A DNA stretch of 64,000 nt from Thermoanaerobaculia bacterium (GTDB taxonomy: Bacteria; Acidobacteriota; Thermoanaerobaculia; UBA5066). Positions 62,360-64,000 of this stretch are shown piece after piece (positions within the stretch are counted from its first letter, which is position 1; every line of letters begins with the position of its first letter). The translations under genes and the position numbers were made by a program. The notes below the pieces were generated by a model, which searched no databases, was not told where the DNA came from, and worked only from the letters and a program-made list of their open reading frames with translations. The DNA is taken from positions 96,001 to 160,000 of the forward strand of contig CAWFJJ010000008.1 in the NCBI GenBank assembly GCA_963816185.1, in the 5' to 3' direction.

Positions 62360-64000
62360 ATGAACGTCCCGACACCCCTCCGAGGCCCGCGAGCGAGGAA
62401 GACACTTGTCGCGGCTGCCGCCACGCTCTTCGTCTGGGCCATCCTCGGCTTTTTCGTCGCGCCGCCCCTCCTGCGACCAGTCGTCGAGCGGAGGATCGGG
62501 GAAACGCTGCACCGCAAGGCCACGCTCCGCGGCCTTGCGATCAACCCTTTCGCGCTGTCGGCGACATTGACGGGGCTCGACGTGAAGGACCGGGACGGCG
62601 GCCCCTTCCTCTCGTTCGAGCGGCTCTACGTGAACGCCGAAATCGATTCCATCTTCCGGGGCGGACCCGTCCTGCGCGCGATCACGCTCATGAAGCCTTC
62701 TCTGTCTCTCGTCCGCAAAGGGGACGGCACGTACAACGTCCAGGACCTGATCGAGGAATTCGGCAAACCGAAGCCGAAAGCCGAAAAGCCACTTCGGTTC
62801 TCGCTCAACAACATCCGGCTCGAGGGCGGCAGCATCGACTTCGACGACCGTCCGAAGAGGACGAAGCACGAGGTCCGCGACCTCCGGATCGGGATCCCGT
62901 TCCTCTCGAACATCCCCTCGAAGGTGGAGATCACGACGCAGCCCGTCTTCGAGGCGAAGGTGAACGGGTCGCCCTTCGCGCTGCGCGGGAAGACGAAGCC
63001 GTTCAGCGAGACGCGCGAGACGACGCTCGATCTCGAGCTCTCGGACGTCGACCTGCCGTACTACCTCGCGTACTTTCCGTCCGACCTGCCGTCGAAGCTG
63101 AAGGCAGCCCGCCTCGACGCGAAGCTCGTCTTCGCGTTCACGCAGCCGCCGAAGGGGAGACCGGCGCTCGTCGTATCCGGGACGGTGGGACTCCGGAAGG
63201 TCGTCCTCAGTTTCGCGTTCCGTCCCGCCTTCGACGTGGTCCTGTCGGAGGTGACGGTCGCGCTTGGGGGGCTCTCGACGGAGCCGGGGAAGCCCGCTGC
63301 GCTCGAAATTTCCGCGAAGGCCGACGCGGGCGAGGTGCTCCGCAACGCGGGCACCGTCTCGATGGAGCCCCTCGCCTTCGAAGGGACACTTTCGGTGGAC
63401 GGCGTTCCCCTGAAGCGCTACACGACCCTCCTCGACGAGTTCGTCCCGCTCGCGTTCGAGGACGGCATCCTCGCCCTGAAGACCCGGTACCGCTGGACGA
63501 CCGGGAGAGAACCCAACACGACGCTGTCCGGACTCTCGGTCGAGGTGAAGTCGCCACGCGTGAGGAAGAAAAGCGAAAAGGAGCCCTTCTTCAAGGCGGC
63601 GTCGCTCACGGTCGCGGACATGTCGCTCGACCTCGCGAAGCACGCGCTCGTCCTCGGGGACCTCGAGAGCACGAACGGCACCCTCGCGGTCGTGCGCGAA
63701 AAGGACGGCAGCGCGGATCTCATGAAACTCGTGCCCCCGCCACCCGCCGGCACGCCGCCATCGCCCCCCTCGGCACCGTGGGACGTCGTGCTGAAGAGGA
63801 TCGCGCTGAGGGGGTACACGGTAAGGATGGACGACCGCAACGTAGGCCGGCCAGCCCGGTACGCGCTCACGAAAACGGACCTCGTTCTCGAGAACCTCTC
63901 GTCGGCGACGGCCTCGAAGGGGGCGGTCGCGCTGACCTTCGGCGTTAACGGGAAGGGCTTCGCCTCCGCCGGGGGAGCCGTCGGCTTCAAGCCGATGTTC
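62360..64000 (+). CDS. DUF748 (AsmA-like) protein, 3'-partial
   Basis: Not in the ORF track because it has no stop; N-terminal TM, INPFALSA, YNVQDL, IPFLSN, beta-rich repeats. Confidence 0.78.
   Translation, partial: MNVPTPLRGPRARKTLVAAAATLFVWAILGFFVAPPLLRPVVERRIGETLHRKATLRGLAINPFALSATLTGLDVKDRDGGPFLSFERLYVNAEIDSIFRGGPVLRAITLMKPSLSLVRKGDGTYNVQDLIEEFGKPKPKAEKPLRFSLNNIRLEGGSIDFDDRPKRTKHEVRDLRIGIPFLSNIPSKVEITTQPVFEAKVNGSPFALRGKTKPFSETRETTLDLELSDVDLPYYLAYFPSDLPSKLKAARLDAKLVFAFTQPPKGRPALVVSGTVGLRKVVLSFAFRPAFDVVLSEVTVALGGLSTEPGKPAALEISAKADAGEVLRNAGTVSMEPLAFEGTLSVDGVPLKRYTTLLDEFVPLAFEDGILALKTRYRWTTGREPNTTLSGLSVEVKSPRVRKKSEKEPFFKAASLTVADMSLDLAKHALVLGDLESTNGTLAVVREKDGSADLMKLVPPPPAGTPPSPPSAPWDVVLKRIALRGYTVRMDDRNVGRPARYALTKTDLVLENLSSATASKGAVALTFGVNGKGFASAGGAVGFKPMF

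Overview
High-GC bacterial window; gene content and style suggest Acidobacteriota, probably Thermoanaerobaculia-like (inference). It has two halves. (1) About 1-43.5 kb is a cell-surface island. It holds six predicted exported proteins sharing an unnamed ~120-aa domain (F/Y-x(3-5)-PCRxxDTR...CG(I/V)P...NxT...AN...D(V/I)xGY(F/Y)). This domain occurs C-terminally on four different cargo proteins, as a stand-alone secreted protein, and N-terminally on a Gly-rich fibre-like protein. The island also carries a large glycan locus: GT-C membrane glycosyltransferases, GT2/GT4/GT8-like enzymes, wzm/wzt, tandem RfbE-like epimerases, gmd, several methyltransferases, sat-cysC, two sulfotransferases, a Thr-type sulfatase-like lipoprotein and stand-alone coiled-coil proteins. 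Many island genes carry indels, densest at ~25-34 kb, and two heavily decayed genes hide in the ORF-poor 28-30.8 kb stretch. These indels may be assembly errors or real decay. (2) About 43.5-64 kb is intact core genome: uvrA, tRNA-Lys, S9 peptidase, a GT-C enzyme, tRNA-Leu-tig-clpP-clpX-lon-engB-rho, a DRG-like GTPase and a partial DUF748 gene. Four toxin-antitoxin modules (one broken) sit at operon junctions, and a dispersed TTCTNAGAA-cored repeat recurs. The best candidate for an undescribed system is the shared-domain surface-display family with its linked glycosylation/sulfation machinery.
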